This document shows, in pieces, positions 37,301-47,819 of a stretch of 64,000 nt of DNA. Position numbers and translations under genes: made by a program. The DNA is from Bacilli bacterium. Lineage in GTDB: Bacteria > Bacillota_I > Bacilli_A > RFN20 > CAG-826. The notes below the pieces were generated by a model. The model saw only the letters and a program-made list of their open reading frames with translations. It was not told the DNA's origin and searched no databases. The stretch covers positions 4,089 to 68,088 of the forward strand of contig JBAZED010000003.1 in the NCBI GenBank assembly GCA_041654095.1, in the 5' to 3' direction. Position 1 is the first letter of the stretch, and every line of letters starts with the position of its first letter.

Positions 37301-38233
37301 GCGGGTATTACGCGTGATGACGCGGCGATATAAGTCATTTAAATCGGAAGCTGCGAACCGGCCGCCGTCGAGTTGGAGCATCGGGCGGAGATCCGGGGGG
37401 ATGACCGGCAGGACATCGAGGACCATCCATTCGGGCCGATTGTCGGAATTGCGGAAGGCTTCGATAACTTCGAGGCGCTTCGACAATTTGATGCGGTTTT
37501 GGGCGCTGCAATCTTTGAGCTTGGCGTTGATGCTCTTGAACTCCTCGTCGAGTTTGACCTCGCGGAGCAAGCGCTTAATCGCGGCTGCGCCTTCGCCAAA
37601 TTCAGCGTTGGTGTATTTCGAAATAAAGTCGGCAACCGTGAAGAAATCGAAAGTTTCCTGCGGGTTTTGCATTCTTTCAATCAGATCTTCGCTCTTTAGA
37701 TAGTCGGCGCTCTCTTTGTCGAGGGTCGGCTGAAATTCGCGAATGGCAGCCACAAATTCCTGGCGCGCGTTCCGCTCGTCGAGGAACTCGCGATAGTACA
37801 AGACATTGCTCGTTCCGGGGTTGAGGCAGACGTGGGCGACGAAATAGTTAATCTCCTCCAGTTGTTTGGGAGGGATATCGAGGATCAGTCCGATGCGGCT
37901 CGGAATGCCTTTGAGATACCAGATGTGAGTACATGGCGAGGCCAGCTCGATATGACCCATTCTCTCGCGGCGGACTTCTTTGGAGATGACTTCGACACCG
38001 CACTTCTCGCAGGTGATGCCTTGAAAGCGGATTTTCTTATATTTACCGCAATGGCATTCGTAGTCTTTGCTCGGGCCGAAAATCTTCTCGCAGAAAAGAC
38101 CTTGAGCTTCGGGTTTTTGGCTCCGGTAGTTGATGGTTTCGGGTTTTAAGACTTCGCCATGGGACCATGAGCGAATCGTCTCTGGGGAGGCAAGGCCGAC
38201 TTGGAGAGCGGCTAATTTATTAACATCAAACAT
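34376..38233 (-). CDS. rpoC: DNA-directed RNA polymerase subunit beta'
   Basis: 1285 aa. Shows the zinc-binding [23 protein letters not shown] and the catalytic [12 protein letters not shown]. Confidence 0.98.
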   Translation of the reverse strand: MFDVNKLAALQVGLASPETIRSWSHGEVLKPETINYRSQKPEAQGLFCEKIFGPSKDYECHCGKYKKIRFQGITCEKCGVEVISKEVRRERMGHIELASPCTHIWYLKGIPSRIGLILDIPPKQLEEINYFVAHVCLNPGTSNVLYYREFLDERNARQEFVAAIREFQPTLDKESADYLKSEDLIERMQNPQETFDFFTVADFISKYTNAEFGEGAAAIKRLLREVKLDEEFKSINAKLKDCSAQNRIKLSKRLEVIEAFRNSDNRPEWMVLDVLPVIPPDLRPMLQLDGGRFAASDLNDLYRRVITRNTRLKKLIDMNAPYVILMNEKRMLQEAVDALIDNGRRNKPVVGSGGRPLKSLSSSLKGKQGRFRQNLLGKRVDYSGRSVIAVGPDLKMYQCGLPREMAVQLLRPFIASILIKENYVNAHRQADKIIDRYDAVVFDILERIISDHPVLLNRAPTLHRLGIQAFQPKLVDGRAIRLHPLVCTGFNADFDGDQMAVHVPLSKSAQHEALELMLASNNILGPKDGRPIVTPSQDMVLGNYYLTLEETKEQLAARAKRRKDKGDEEEYERFDAYSKAEGKVFRSIDEAILAYETHQVHLHNRVAIRASALAKSGFTKEMNESYLVTTIGKIIFNLIFPADFPYLNDASTENLNGDLAKFFVPKGTNIIEYIHKQPLISPFTKKHLGNIINEIFSRYGTSKTSAVLDKMKDIGFKYATIAGVTISISDINVVSDKEQLLKDGETRVEEINEMFELGLLTDSERHKHVVDVWTEVRDSVQRDLSKQFEKDSRNPIFMMSDSGARGNISNFTQLAGMRGLMSNPKGDTIELPIKSCFREGLTVSEFFIATHGARKGGADTALKTADSGYLTRRLVDVSQDVIVREEDCHTDHGHIVSEIIDSSRAAVIVPLYDRLVGRYTIHNVVHPETGEILVAENTMINEENARNIINAGIKEVEIRSLFGCQTRDGVCRHCYGRNLATGKEVTIGEAVGIMAAQSIGEPGTQLTMRTFHTGGVAGSDITQGLPRVQELVEARVPKGEAMISEITGVVSEIEETVGRYRVIVKSNLEDREYLSNYGARLRVKKGDKIRNGGKITEGAVSPKKLLEVSDVAAVERYILKEIQKVYRLQGIGISDKHIEVIIRQMLRKVAIIEGGDTNMLPGTLVELDEFTEKNEDALLTGRHPAVARPVILGITKASLQTKSFLSAASFQETTRVLTDAAIKAKTDTLHGLKENVITGKLIPAGRGLKSEEEEDRLVENFSVREKMREVKQQYIEIHDRPDDLE

Positions 38234-38248
38234 TTGTTCATGACCTCC

Positions 38249-41200
38249 TTAGTTGAGCAACTCAGCCAGTTGTTCGTTGTCGCTTGCGATAGCATCGCCG
38301 ACGCCTTCTCTTGTGAGAGAACGAATGGTAGAGTTGATCTTTCTTTCTTCGATCTGCGTCTCTTTGGCGAGCGCATCCATATCGATTTTGGTGCCTTCGG
38401 TATTCAGGAGTTTGACATCCATACCCAGAGCTTGTAGCTCTTTGGTGAGGACTTTGAAGGCTTCAGGGATGCCAGGACGCGGAATCGGATAGCCTTTAAT
38501 AACCGCTTCGTAAGTCTTGCGACGGCCGACGCGATCATCGGATTTAATCGTCAGTAATTCTTGAAGAGTGTGGGCGGCGCCATAGGCTTCGAGGGCCCAA
38601 ACTTCCATCTCGCCGAATCTCTGGCCGCCGTTTTGGGCTTTGCCGCCGAGAGGCTGCTGCGTGACGAGGGAATACGGTCCGGTGGCCCGGGCGTGCAACT
38701 TATCGTCAACCATGTGGACGAGTTTGATCATATACATGACGCCGACGGAAATTCTTTCGTCAAAGCGCTCGCCGGTCCGGCCATCGTAGAGAATCGTCTT
38801 GCCGTCAGGGGCGATATTCGACTGTTTCATCAAATCGAAGATTTCTTCGTTGGTGATGCCGTCAAAGACTGGCGTCGCTAATTTGAGACCGAGTCTTTGG
38901 CAAGCCAAACCGAGGTGGATTTCCAAGATTTGACCGATGTTCATACGAGACGGAACACCAAGTGGGTTTAGCATGATGTCAACCGGCGTGCCATCGGGTA
39001 AGAAGGGCATATCTTCAACCGGTAAAATGCGAGAGATGACACCTTTGTTACCATGGCGCCCGGACATCTTGTCGCCTTCGGAGATCTTCCGTTTTTGGAC
39101 GATGTAGACGCGGACGACTTCATTGACACCAGGTGGCAGTTCATCATCGTTCTTGCGGGAGAAAATTTTGACGTCGAGAACGATGCCGGCTCCGCCATGT
39201 GAGACGCGGAGGGAGGAGTCTTTACCATCTTTGGTCTTCTCCGAGAAAATCGCCATCAGCAATTTTTCTTCGGGAGTCGGCTCCGTCAAGCCTTTCGGCG
39301 TAATTTTGCCGACGAGGATGTCGCCTTCTTTGACTTCGGCGCCCGGGACGACGATGCCGCGCTCATCGAGGAAAGCCTTGGCTTCTTCGCTGACGTTGGG
39401 GACATCGCGGGTAATTTCTTCAGCGCCGAGTTTCGTTTCGCGGCACTCCAGTTCATATTTTTCAATGTGGATAGAAGTATAGGAGTCATCTTTGACCAAG
39501 CGTTCGGACATGATGACGGCGTCTTCGTAGTTATAACCATTCCAGGTCATGAAGGCGATCGTCACGTTTTGACCGAGGGCGAGGTCGCCGTTTTGCATGG
39601 CTGGTCCATCGGCGAGAATATCGCCTTTTTTGATTTCCTGACCGGCTTTGACGACGGCTACTTGGTTAATGCACGTCCCTTGGTTGGAACGGGCGAATTT
39701 CTGCAGTTGATAAGTCTTGGTCTTCTTCTTGCTGTCTTTGACGACGATCTTGCGGCTGTCGACATAGGAGACGACGCCATCGCCGGTCGAGATGACGGCT
39801 AATCCGGAGTCGCGGGCGACGATGTGCTCCATGCCGGTGCCGACCAGAGGAGCGCTCGGCTTTAATAGAGGAAGCGCTTGGCGCTGCATGTTCGCACCCA
39901 TGAGAGCGCGAGTCGTATCATCGTTTTCGAGGAACGGGATGCATGATGAAGCGATGGAGACGATCTGCTTGGGGCTGACGTCGATATAATCGACATCTTG
40001 GCGGTGAGCCATGATGTTACGGCCATCGTGACGAGCGACGACGAACTCATCGAGAATCGTGCCGTTTTCATCGAGGCGGACGTTGGCTTGGGCGATGATG
40101 TGAGTTCTCTCCATATCGGCCGACAAATATTCGGCTTCATCAAGGACGCGTTGAGTCGCTTTATCGACGCGGCGATAAGGAGTTTCGATAAAGCCATATT
40201 TATTGATTTTGGCGTAGGTGGCCAGGTTGTTGATCAAGCCGATGTTCTGACCTTCAGGGGTCTCGATCGGACATATTCTTCCGTAATGCGTATGGTGAAC
40301 ATCGCGGACATCCATGCTGGCCCGATCGCGCGTTAAGCCGCCGGGTCCGAGGGCTGAGAGACGACGCTTGTTGGCGAGCTCCGCCAACGGGTTCGTCTGA
40401 TCCATGAATTGCGAGAGTTGCGAACTGGCGAAAAACTCGCGAATGCTGGAAGTCAAGGGGCGGATGTTGATCAGAGATTGGACGCTGACGCTCTCCATAT
40501 CGGAAATCGACATCTTTTGCTGAACGGTCTTGGCCATCTTGGTCAAGCCGATGCGAAACTGCGTTTGAATCAGCTCGCCGACGCAGCGGATGCGGCGATT
40601 GCCGAGGTGGTCGATGTCATCCGTATCGCCGAAGCCATCGATGATGTTCATGAAATACGAGAAAGTGGCGACGATATCGGAAATCGTGACGCGGGACAAG
40701 GCGAGATTTAAATCGGTGCCGATAATGTTCGCGGTCAAATCCTTTTTATCGCTGGTATACACCTTGACGATGTTAACAATGCCGTTGCTATCTAAATCTT
40801 TGTTGATTTTTAAGTTTTTCTGATGAGCGCCTTTTTCAAATAACTCGATATCGCGGAGATGATCGACTTCTTCTTTGGTCAAGCGATGGTCCTTGGTAAA
40901 TAGGACTTCGCCTTCGTGAGAGACGAGATCTTGGGCTAAGATGCGGCCCGTCAGGCGGTTATAGATGCCGAGCTTATTGCGGTATTTAAAGCGGCCGGCC
41001 CGACCGAGGTCATAGCGTTTTTGATCGAAAAATTTCTGAATGATGAATAATCTGACGCCTTCGTTGGTAATCGGCTCGCCGGGTTTGAGTTTGCGGAAAA
41101 TTTCGACCAAGGCATCACGCGATGTTTTGATATCCTTGTCCTTCTCAATCGTGTTGACGAGCATCGGACGATTTCCGAATAATTTCAAAATATCGGCGGT

Positions 41201-41812
41201 GTCTTCAAAACCGAGGGCTTTGAGGAGGACGGTGACATTCATCTTGCGCTGGCGATCGATGCGAACCCACATCAGATCCTTTTGGTCGGCTTCGAATTCG
41301 AGCCAGGTGCCACGCGTCGGAATCAAATCGGCATTGTAAGTATATTTGCCGGTTTTTTCGAGGTTTTTGCTCAGGTATGCGCCTGGTGAGCGGACGAGTT
41401 GCGAAACGATGACGCGCTCCGCACCGTTGACGACGAAAGTGCCGCTGTCGGTCATCAGGGGCAAATCGCCCATGAAAACTTCGGCTTCTTTCAGCTCACC
41501 GGTTTTGACTAGTTCGAGTTGCAGTTTGACCCGCAGCGCCGCGCTGTAGGTCAAATCGCGCTCTTTGCAGTCTAAATATGTGTAATCAGGTTTCTCAAGA
41601 CGACACTCTTTGTAGTGAATGCGAGCATCGTTTGTATAGTTTTCAATCGGGAAGACTTCCTTTAAAACTTCGTTGAGCCCCTCCTCTTTAAACCACGTGA
41701 AAGATTCAGTTTGAATCTCAGCGAGGTAAGGAAGCGGCAATGATCCGGAAATTTTTGAATAATCATATCGATTATTCGGAAGCATTTTGTGCTTGTTTTC
41801 AATATTACTCAT
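38249..41812 (-). CDS. rpoB: DNA-directed RNA polymerase subunit beta
   Basis: 1187 aa. Conserved [14 protein letters not shown], the rif-region [17 protein letters not shown], and the C-terminal [18 protein letters not shown]. Confidence 0.98.
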   Translation of the reverse strand: MSNIENKHKMLPNNRYDYSKISGSLPLPYLAEIQTESFTWFKEEGLNEVLKEVFPIENYTNDARIHYKECRLEKPDYTYLDCKERDLTYSAALRVKLQLELVKTGELKEAEVFMGDLPLMTDSGTFVVNGAERVIVSQLVRSPGAYLSKNLEKTGKYTYNADLIPTRGTWLEFEADQKDLMWVRIDRQRKMNVTVLLKALGFEDTADILKLFGNRPMLVNTIEKDKDIKTSRDALVEIFRKLKPGEPITNEGVRLFIIQKFFDQKRYDLGRAGRFKYRNKLGIYNRLTGRILAQDLVSHEGEVLFTKDHRLTKEEVDHLRDIELFEKGAHQKNLKINKDLDSNGIVNIVKVYTSDKKDLTANIIGTDLNLALSRVTISDIVATFSYFMNIIDGFGDTDDIDHLGNRRIRCVGELIQTQFRIGLTKMAKTVQQKMSISDMESVSVQSLINIRPLTSSIREFFASSQLSQFMDQTNPLAELANKRRLSALGPGGLTRDRASMDVRDVHHTHYGRICPIETPEGQNIGLINNLATYAKINKYGFIETPYRRVDKATQRVLDEAEYLSADMERTHIIAQANVRLDENGTILDEFVVARHDGRNIMAHRQDVDYIDVSPKQIVSIASSCIPFLENDDTTRALMGANMQRQALPLLKPSAPLVGTGMEHIVARDSGLAVISTGDGVVSYVDSRKIVVKDSKKKTKTYQLQKFARSNQGTCINQVAVVKAGQEIKKGDILADGPAMQNGDLALGQNVTIAFMTWNGYNYEDAVIMSERLVKDDSYTSIHIEKYELECRETKLGAEEITRDVPNVSEEAKAFLDERGIVVPGAEVKEGDILVGKITPKGLTEPTPEEKLLMAIFSEKTKDGKDSSLRVSHGGAGIVLDVKIFSRKNDDELPPGVNEVVRVYIVQKRKISEGDKMSGRHGNKGVISRILPVEDMPFLPDGTPVDIMLNPLGVPSRMNIGQILEIHLGLACQRLGLKLATPVFDGITNEEIFDLMKQSNIAPDGKTILYDGRTGERFDERISVGVMYMIKLVHMVDDKLHARATGPYSLVTQQPLGGKAQNGGQRFGEMEVWALEAYGAAHTLQELLTIKSDDRVGRRKTYEAVIKGYPIPRPGIPEAFKVLTKELQALGMDVKLLNTEGTKIDMDALAKETQIEERKINSTIRSLTREGVGDAIASDNEQLAELLN

Positions 41813-42042
41813 GTAATGGCTCCTTTTCTACTTTTGTTTGCCGTGCATCCAGACGATATTCCGCTCTTTGAGAAGAATATTGGGTGAGTGCCCCACGGTG
41901 GCAAACCGCCATCAATTTGCTATTTCGCATTGAGATGTCCGCGACGGACTTGGCAAGGAAATCACAATTGAATCATTTAATCCTTCGTTTGTTCTGTCAC
42001 TTCGAAGGCTGTGACTCGGATCGAATTTTTGCGCTTTTTTTC

Positions 42043-42076
42043 GGGGAGCGACAGCGGATGACCACCGCCGCTCCCC
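42043..42076 (-). other. long GC-rich hairpin in the rplL-rpoB spacer
   Basis: GGGGAGCG...CGCTCCCC (8 bp) plus an inner GCGG/CCGC stem. On the transcribed (minus) strand it is followed by an A-run, so it is not a canonical terminator. Confidence 0.5.
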
Positions 42077-42103
42077 AGAAAGGTGTTTTTGACAAATAGG
42101 CGC

Positions 42104-42137
42104 TAAAAAGCTGAAAATCCGCCTAATGTAAGCGGAT
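42104..42137 (-). terminator. terminator/attenuator immediately after rplL
   Basis: Minus strand ATCCGC-ttacattag-GCGGAT followed by TTTTCAGCTTTTT. Its position is analogous to the partial terminator between rplL and rpoB in other bacteria. Confidence 0.6.
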
Positions 42138-42153
42138 GTGGTTAACTGTCAAA

Positions 42154-42531
42154 CTATTTGACTTCAACTTCAGCACCGGCAGCGACAAGAGCCTTTTTGT
42201 GCTCCTCAGCTTCGACTGGTGAGATGTGTTCTTTGATATTGACGGGAGCGCCATCGACTAACTTCTTGGCATCCATGAGACCCAAGCCGGTAATCGCTTG
42301 AACGGCTTTGATGACGGCGACTTTGGACATGCCGACGGCTTTAAGGATGAGATTGACATCGACCGGTCCTTTGGCTTCGGCAGCTTCTTCGACTGGTGCG
42401 ACGGCGGCGGCGACGGGCGCGGCGGCGGTAACACCAAATTCGGCTTCGACGGCTTTGACGAGTTCATTGAGCTCAAGAACGGTCATTTCTTTTAATGAGG
42501 CAATGATTTCCTCTTTGGTTAATTTAGCCAT
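42154..42531 (-). CDS. rplL: 50S ribosomal protein L7/L12
   Basis: [34 protein letters not shown]..., an Ala-rich hinge, and the C-terminal [13 protein letters not shown]. Confidence 0.97.
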   Translation of the reverse strand: MAKLTKEEIIASLKEMTVLELNELVKAVEAEFGVTAAAPVAAAVAPVEEAAEAKGPVDVNLILKAVGMSKVAVIKAVQAITGLGLMDAKKLVDGAPVNIKEHISPVEAEEHKKALVAAGAEVEVK

Positions 42532-42555
42532 TTGTTTGTTCCTCCTACAGTGGCA

Positions 42556-43056
42556 TTAATTGGCTTTGTCCGCGATGCCTTGAACGGCATGCGCGAATTG
42601 GCGGACTGGTGCTTGGAGCACCGATAAGAACATAGAGATTAGACCATCACGTCCCGGCAAGGCAGCGAGGGCGACCATCTGTTTGGCGTCCACGACTTTT
42701 CCTTCGACAAGACCGCCCTTAATCACCAGCTTTTCATTGCGCTTAGCAAACTTCGCCAAGATTTTTGGGCCGGCGACGACGTCGCTTGAGAAAGCGAACG
42801 CATTCGGACCGCTAAGGTGTGGCAGCAAATCTTTGTGACCAAGACTTTCAGCGGCTCTTTCGATCATCGTGTTTTTGTAAACGCCAATTTCCGTTTTTTC
42901 GGCACGCAGGGCGCGACGAAGAACGGTGATTTCCTGGACGTTCATGCCACGATATTCAAAGATAACTAGTGTCGGCGAATTATTGAGTTTCGCTTTAATT
43001 TCGTTAACGACTGCTTCTTTGGCTTTTAAGATTTCGTTATTCATCTTGTTCTTCAC
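42556..43056 (-). CDS. rplJ: 50S ribosomal protein L10
   Basis: 166 aa. Shows FEYRGMNVQEITVLRRALR and sits in the conserved position upstream of rplL. Confidence 0.95.
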   Translation of the reverse strand: MKNKMNNEILKAKEAVVNEIKAKLNNSPTLVIFEYRGMNVQEITVLRRALRAEKTEIGVYKNTMIERAAESLGHKDLLPHLSGPNAFAFSSDVVAGPKILAKFAKRNEKLVIKGGLVEGKVVDAKQMVALAALPGRDGLISMFLSVLQAPVRQFAHAVQGIADKAN

Positions 43057-43198
43057 CTCCTTTATCAGTTTTGCGACTATGAGGCTCCAATATACGTTGA
43101 GTGATGAACCCTTTTGGGCGTATTTTATCTACCTCGGCAACATGATTAAGCCCCTTGGCCGTTGCTGTCTATGGTATATTGTGCTTCTTCAGAATTGA
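43057..43198 (-). promoter_or_regulatory. candidate ribosomal protein L10 leader (autoregulatory mRNA structure)
   Basis: A 142-nt non-coding spacer between rplA and rplJ, where Firmicutes carry the L10 leader. The structure was not verified by covariance model. Confidence 0.4.
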
Positions 43199-43882
43199 TC
43201 AGCGACCAGCGAACGTAATTTTGATCGATGGTCCCATCGTCGTATGGACGACGGCGTTTTTGATATAGATACCTTTAACACTTGATGGACGGACCTTGAC
43301 AATCAGCTCGGTCAGTGCCCGGAGATTATCAATGATCTTATCGGTATCGAAGCTCACGCGGGCAACAGAAACGTGAACGTTGCCATCTTTATCGACGCGA
43401 TATTCAACTTTGCCGCGCTTGATTTCGCGAACGGCTTTGGCGATGTCGACGGCGACGGTGCCAGTCTTTGGGTTCGGCATCAAACCTTTCGGTCCGAGAA
43501 CGCGACCCATCTTGCCAAGTTCGCCCATCATATCAGGTGTGGCGACGATGACATCGAAATCAAACCAGTTTTCTTTTTGGATTTTTTCGAGCATTTCTTT
43601 GCCCCCGGCGAAATCCGCACCGGCCGCTTTCGCGTCTTCGACTTTGTTGGTCACCGCAAGAATGCGTTTGGTCTTACCGTTTCCATGAGGCAGATTAATC
43701 GTGCCTCTGATTTGTTGATCCGCTTGCTTGGGATCGACATTGAGACGGAAAGAAGCATCAATCGTAGCGTCAAACTTCACGGTGGAAGTCTTTTTAACAA
43801 GTTCGGCGGCTTCTTCGATGGTGTAGAGTTTGTTGACATCGATGAGTTCGGCGACGGCCTTGTACTTTTTACCTACTTTCAT
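43199..43882 (-). CDS. rplA: 50S ribosomal protein L1
   Basis: 227 aa. Shows [34 protein letters not shown] and [33 protein letters not shown]. Confidence 0.97.
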   Translation of the reverse strand: MKVGKKYKAVAELIDVNKLYTIEEAAELVKKTSTVKFDATIDASFRLNVDPKQADQQIRGTINLPHGNGKTKRILAVTNKVEDAKAAGADFAGGKEMLEKIQKENWFDFDVIVATPDMMGELGKMGRVLGPKGLMPNPKTGTVAVDIAKAVREIKRGKVEYRVDKDGNVHVSVARVSFDTDKIIDNLRALTELIVKVRPSSVKGIYIKNAVVHTTMGPSIKITFAGR

Positions 43883-43923
43883 TTTTTTCTCCTAGGTGGT
43901 CCAGACGGGTATGACCCCTCCCA

Positions 43924-44340
43924 CTAATCCTCGTCGATCGTAATGCCCATGTTTCGAGCGGAGCCCTCGACGACTTTGAGAGCGGCTTCGATATCATTGC
44001 AATTCAGATCAGGCATCTTATATTCGGCGATTTCCCGCAATTTGGCTTTACTGATGTGAGCGACTTTAGTGGTTTTCGGGTTTGCGGAACCCTTGGCGAT
44101 GCCAGCCGCTTTCTTCAACAGCTCAGCGACAGGCGATGTTTTGATGACAAAATCGTGTGATTTGTCTTCATAAGCCGTGATGATGACCGGAACGGTTTCA
44201 CCGCGACGGTCGGCGGTCTTAGCGTTGAAGTCCGTGCAGAACTTTGGCATGATGACACCGGCTGAGGCGAGTTTGGGTCCAGGTTTGGCTTCGCCGCCTG
44301 GCAATTCCATCTTCACGACTTTGGCGATTCTTTTACTCAC
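43924..44340 (-). CDS. rplK: 50S ribosomal protein L11
   Basis: I placed the start at the GTG at 44338-44340 (VSKRIAKVVKMELPGGEAKPGPKLASAGV) with GGAGGA 7 nt upstream. The 25 extra N-terminal residues in the ORF track have no L11 counterpart. Confidence 0.93.
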   Translation of the reverse strand: MSKRIAKVVKMELPGGEAKPGPKLASAGVIMPKFCTDFNAKTADRRGETVPVIITAYEDKSHDFVIKTSPVAELLKKAAGIAKGSANPKTTKVAHISKAKLREIAEYKMPDLNCNDIEAALKVVEGSARNMGITIDED

Positions 44341-44377
44341 GTGACATTCCTCCTTTGTAGCGAAATTGTTGTCCGTG

Positions 44378-44413
44378 GTGTGGTCGGGGGATGAATCGTG
44401 CATCCTTCCACAC
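44378..44413 (-). other. nested stem-loop in the rplK leader
   Basis: The outer stem GTGTGG/CCACAC and inner stem GGATG/CATCC enclose a 7-nt loop. It lies about 40 nt upstream of the rplK RBS and may be an L1-responsive leader element. Confidence 0.35.
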
Positions 44414-44504
44414 AAGACTGCGAGCGCTCATGTTCTCTACACTCAAGAGCACACGCTGAAGTATTTTAGCAAATACCATGCACACATACAAGAGAAATTT
44501 GTCA

Positions 44505-44545
44505 GAAGAAATGAAAAGGGCGAACGAGAGCTGACTCAATTCGCC
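44505..44545 (-). terminator. terminator after the P1B ATPase
   Basis: Minus strand GGCGAA-(15-nt loop with internal GAG/CTC)-TTCGCC followed by CTTTTCATTTC. It lies about 40 nt after the ATPase stop. Confidence 0.5.
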
Positions 44546-44583
44546 ACAGCTTATTGTGAATATTAGGTATTTTGAACAGGTGA

Positions 44584-46713
44584 TTACGGCTTGCGATACA
44601 AGAGCAGAAGCGAATTCAAAATCATCAAAACCGTCAATCCGGTGTCGGCCAGCATGGCAATCGTCATCTGCAGTTCGCCGAGGACACCGAGGACGATCAT
44701 GACGGCGATCACAAATTTGACGAGGAGCGAAAAGGCGATGTTAAAGATGGCGACGCGGCGCGTTTTTTTCGAGATGCGAATCGCCTCGACGACTTTCATC
44801 GGATTATCATTGACGATGATGACTTCGGCATTCGACACGGCGATATCGCTGCCGATTCCCGACATCGCAAAACCAATATCGCTGCGGATGATGGCGGGCG
44901 CATCGTTGACGCCATCGCCCATAAACCCGACGCGCTTGCCTTGGCGGCCGAGGTATGACTCGAGGATTTCCAACTTGCCTTCCGGAGTCAATGAGCCGTG
45001 ATAATCGCGGATGCCAACTTCTTCGGCAATAGCTCGGGCGTTGGCTTCGTTATCACCGGATAACAAGACGGTTTCAATCTGCATTTTTTGAAGGGTCGCA
45101 ACCATGTTTTTGGCATCCTTTTTAGCACTGTCATTCAAGACGACATAACCGCAGTATTTTCCGTCGGCGGCCAAGTGAATTATCGTTCCGTTCTCATCGA
45201 TGTTTAAAACAGCAATACCCGCCTCGATAAGAAAGCGCGATCTGCCCGCTAGAATGACTTTTCCTTGATAAGCAGTCGACACGCCAAAACCGGGTATTTC
45301 TCGATAATTTTCTTGCAAAATTGCCGTATTTTTAATTTTTTTGCTATGGAGAATGGCTTTGGCGATGGGGTGGTTGGATTGGCTTTCCGCCGCGATTAAA
45401 TAGTCCCAGAAAACGGCTTCATCAATCTGGTTATAAACGATCTTGGTAACCTCGAAAAAACCATGCGTTAGGGTGCCGGTTTTATCGGTCAAAACATAGC
45501 CGATTTTGCTCAGTTCATCAAGGTAGTTTGTCCCCTTGATAATCACGCCTCTTTTGCTCGCCAAGCCGATGCCGGAAAAGAAGGCTAATGGGACGGAAAT
45601 AACAATCGCGCAAGGGCAGGAAACAACGAGGACAGAGAGGCCGTTATAGATCCAAACTGGAAATTGTTCACTAGGAAAAACGAGCGGAACCAAAGATACG
45701 AGGATGGCGAGAACAAAGACGATCGGCGTGTAGAATCGCGCGAACTTCGTGATGAACTTCTCGGCCTTGGATTTGCGCTCGCCGCTACTCGTGACGAGCT
45801 CGAGTATTTTGGAGATGGCGCTATCTTCATAAAGCCGCTCGACACGCAGAGTCAAGGAACCGCTTTTCAAGATGCTCCCGCTCAAAATATGATCTTGATC
45901 TTCGACGAGGACGGGGACGAATTCACCGGTCAAGCTCGACGTATCAATTGTTCCGCTGCCGTTTATCACGAGGCCGTCGACTGGAATGATCTCCCCGACT
46001 TTGATGACGATGCTATCGCCTATTTTTAACTCGCTCGGATGAACGGTCTTGATGATTTCACCGACGAGCAGGTTCGCGGTATCACCACGCAAATCCACCG
46101 CTTTGGTAATCGCTTGTCGCGATTTTATAATCGCGATTTCTTCAAAAATCTGGCCGATTTGATAAAAGCCGATAATCATGATCCCTTCGATGTATTGACC
46201 GTTGGCGCCGAGGATGGGCAGTCCCATCAAAAAAGCCCCGACGGCCGAAATGGTGAGAAGGAGATTCTCATCGAGCGGATTTTGGAGGCGAATGATCTTG
46301 GCAATCGATTTCCAGGTGATGTCGTAGATGATGGCGAGGAGGCTCAGTGAATAAATCAAAACTTGAAGCCAATAATAGTCGTGAGGAATGGCGAATGCGG
46401 CAATTAAAAGTAAGGTTGTCGAGATGATGAGCCGCGCGATGATCGAGATGACGGATGGCGTAAAAACGCTTTTCCGATCAGCGGTGTTTTTCTTGAAATG
46501 AGTTATGGTCAAATCATCATCGTTAACCTGGTTGATTTTTTCGATGACTTGATTGAGATCATAAGGCTCTTGTTTGTATGTTACGTAGAGGCGACCGGCC
46601 GCAAAATCAAGGCTCGCATTAGCGATTTTATCGTCCTTGTTCAAATGGCGTTCGATCTTTGCCGCGCAGTTCCCGCAGCTTAGTCCTTCGATTTGATATA
46701 TGGCTTTTTTCAT
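44584..46713 (-). CDS. heavy-metal P1B-type ATPase, Zn2+/Cd2+/Pb2+ (ZntA/CadA-like) subtype
   Basis: N-terminal HMA domain GLSCGNCAAKIE. TM6 SCPCAIVISVP, DKTGTLT, TGE, GDGVNDAP, TM7 Lys (LLVKF) and TM8 LADTGLTVL are typical of the Zn/Cd class. The start is set at the ATG at 46711-46713 (MKKAIYQIEG). Confidence 0.88.
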   Translation of the reverse strand: MKKAIYQIEGLSCGNCAAKIERHLNKDDKIANASLDFAAGRLYVTYKQEPYDLNQVIEKINQVNDDDLTITHFKKNTADRKSVFTPSVISIIARLIISTTLLLIAAFAIPHDYYWLQVLIYSLSLLAIIYDITWKSIAKIIRLQNPLDENLLLTISAVGAFLMGLPILGANGQYIEGIMIIGFYQIGQIFEEIAIIKSRQAITKAVDLRGDTANLLVGEIIKTVHPSELKIGDSIVIKVGEIIPVDGLVINGSGTIDTSSLTGEFVPVLVEDQDHILSGSILKSGSLTLRVERLYEDSAISKILELVTSSGERKSKAEKFITKFARFYTPIVFVLAILVSLVPLVFPSEQFPVWIYNGLSVLVVSCPCAIVISVPLAFFSGIGLASKRGVIIKGTNYLDELSKIGYVLTDKTGTLTHGFFEVTKIVYNQIDEAVFWDYLIAAESQSNHPIAKAILHSKKIKNTAILQENYREIPGFGVSTAYQGKVILAGRSRFLIEAGIAVLNIDENGTIIHLAADGKYCGYVVLNDSAKKDAKNMVATLQKMQIETVLLSGDNEANARAIAEEVGIRDYHGSLTPEGKLEILESYLGRQGKRVGFMGDGVNDAPAIIRSDIGFAMSGIGSDIAVSNAEVIIVNDNPMKVVEAIRISKKTRRVAIFNIAFSLLVKFVIAVMIVLGVLGELQMTIAMLADTGLTVLMILNSLLLLYRKP

Positions 46714-46731
46714 AGAGATACCCAATATTCT

Positions 46732-46745
46732 TGTGCAACAGCACA
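46732..46745. promoter_or_regulatory. inverted repeat just upstream of the ATPase start (candidate metalloregulator operator)
   Basis: TGTGC-aaca-GCACA, 19 nt upstream of the ATG. No regulator gene is adjacent. Confidence 0.3.
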
Positions 46746-46791
46746 TATATAAAATATAACGAGTGGGTCGCATCAACAAGCGATATGATTT

Positions 46792-46811
46792 AAAAATCCC
46801 CTTTCGGGGAC
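46792..46811 (-). terminator. rho-independent terminator after nusG
   Basis: Minus strand TCCCC-gaaa-GGGGA followed by TTTTTAAATC. It lies 7 nt after the nusG stop. Confidence 0.7.
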
Positions 46812-46817
46812 TTTTGT

Positions 46818-47372
46818 TTAGATTCTTTCGATTTCGCTAAATTCGACATCGACAGGAGTCGGCCGCCCGAAGAAGACGGTCTCGACGCGGCAGGCGCCGG
46901 TTTCCTTATCGATCGACAAGATGTGACCTTCGGTGCCTTCGAGCGGACCGTGGATAACCTTGACGAGATCGCCGATGTTGTAGCGATCGTACATCGTGAT
47001 ATCGATGATGCCCATCCTCTTTAGAACGGGTTCGATTTCCTCGCGGGTGACGGGAGTTGGTTTTTGACCGCCGCCAGATGATCCGGCAATACCGGTAACA
47101 CCAGGTGTGTTACGAACCATAAACCACGAATCATCGGTCATGATCATCTCGACGAAAATATAACCGGGATAAAGATTTTTCATCTTCGTTTTTCCGGTGG
47201 GAAGGCCTTCTTTCAAAACGGGGACTTCCTGCTCGGCGACTAGGACTTTAAAAATGTGGTCACTCAAATTCATGCGGACGATGCGCGTCTTGAGGTTTTC
47301 AGCGACTTTGTTTTCGTGTCCCGAATAAGCCGTGACGATATACCATTGTTTTTTCCCTAATTCTGGTCCCAT
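46818..47372 (-). CDS. nusG: transcription termination/antitermination factor NusG
   Basis: KQWYIVTAYSGHENKV (NGN domain) and the C-terminal KOW GDLVKVIHGPLEGTEGHI. Confidence 0.96.
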   Translation of the reverse strand: MGPELGKKQWYIVTAYSGHENKVAENLKTRIVRMNLSDHIFKVLVAEQEVPVLKEGLPTGKTKMKNLYPGYIFVEMIMTDDSWFMVRNTPGVTGIAGSSGGGQKPTPVTREEIEPVLKRMGIIDITMYDRYNIGDLVKVIHGPLEGTEGHILSIDKETGACRVETVFFGRPTPVDVEFSEIERI

Positions 47373-47374
47373 TG

Positions 47375-47575
47375 TTATTTACTCCATTCCGCAAAGGCTT
47401 CTTTCAGCGTTTGTAGCAGCGATCCGGCCGCCCAGTCTTCTAGGCTGAGAAAGATGGCCGCAAAAGCCGCGATGGCGACGACGACGAGAATTGTCGGCAA
47501 CAGTTCCTCGCGCTTTGGCCAGCGGACGCGCTTGCCTTCCTTGATGACTTCAGCGGTGTATTTTTTGACATCCAT
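47375..47575 (-). CDS. secE: preprotein translocase subunit SecE
   Basis: 66 aa with a single TM. Shows EVIKEGKRVRWPKREEL and sits in the conserved rpmG-secE-nusG position. Confidence 0.9.
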   Translation of the reverse strand: MDVKKYTAEVIKEGKRVRWPKREELLPTILVVVAIAAFAAIFLSLEDWAAGSLLQTLKEAFAEWSK

Positions 47576-47586
47576 TTGCTTGCCTC

Positions 47587-47736
47587 CTATTTGCTTTCTT
47601 TATGCAAGGTATATTGATTGCAGTGCGGGCAGAATTTATTCATTTCAATCCGCGTTTGCGATGCGTCTTTTTTCTTGGTTGTCGCATAGTTGCGATTCAA
47701 GCAAATCGGGCAAATTAAAATGATTTTTTGACGCAT
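47587..47736 (-). CDS. rpmG: 50S ribosomal protein L33
   Basis: Absent from the ORF track (49 aa). Hand translation gives [49 protein letters not shown], with two CxxC zinc-knuckle pairs. Confidence 0.9.
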   Translation of the reverse strand: MRQKIILICPICLNRNYATTKKKDASQTRIEMNKFCPHCNQYTLHKESK

Positions 47737-47771
47737 ATTTTTAGTTATCCTACCTTATATCTTGCCTACAA

Positions 47772-47800
47772 AATATACCACTCAAAAAAACGCATGTCAA
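47772..47800 (-). promoter_or_regulatory. sigma70-type promoter of rpmG-secE-nusG
   Basis: Minus strand TTGACA (47795-47800), 17-nt spacer, TATATT (47772-47777). Confidence 0.6.
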
Positions 47801-47819
47801 CAAATGAATTCGGACGCGC

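Noticed and set aside
42043-42076. GC-rich hairpin considered as a terminator
   Set aside because: On the transcribed strand it is followed by an A-run, and on the plus strand the T-run precedes the stem. Neither orientation gives a canonical intrinsic terminator. It is kept only as a structural element.
41884-42099. 71-aa plus-strand ORF in the rplL-rpoB spacer
   Set aside because: Its orientation is opposite to all neighbours, it has no RBS, and it spans hairpins better explained as leader RNA structure.
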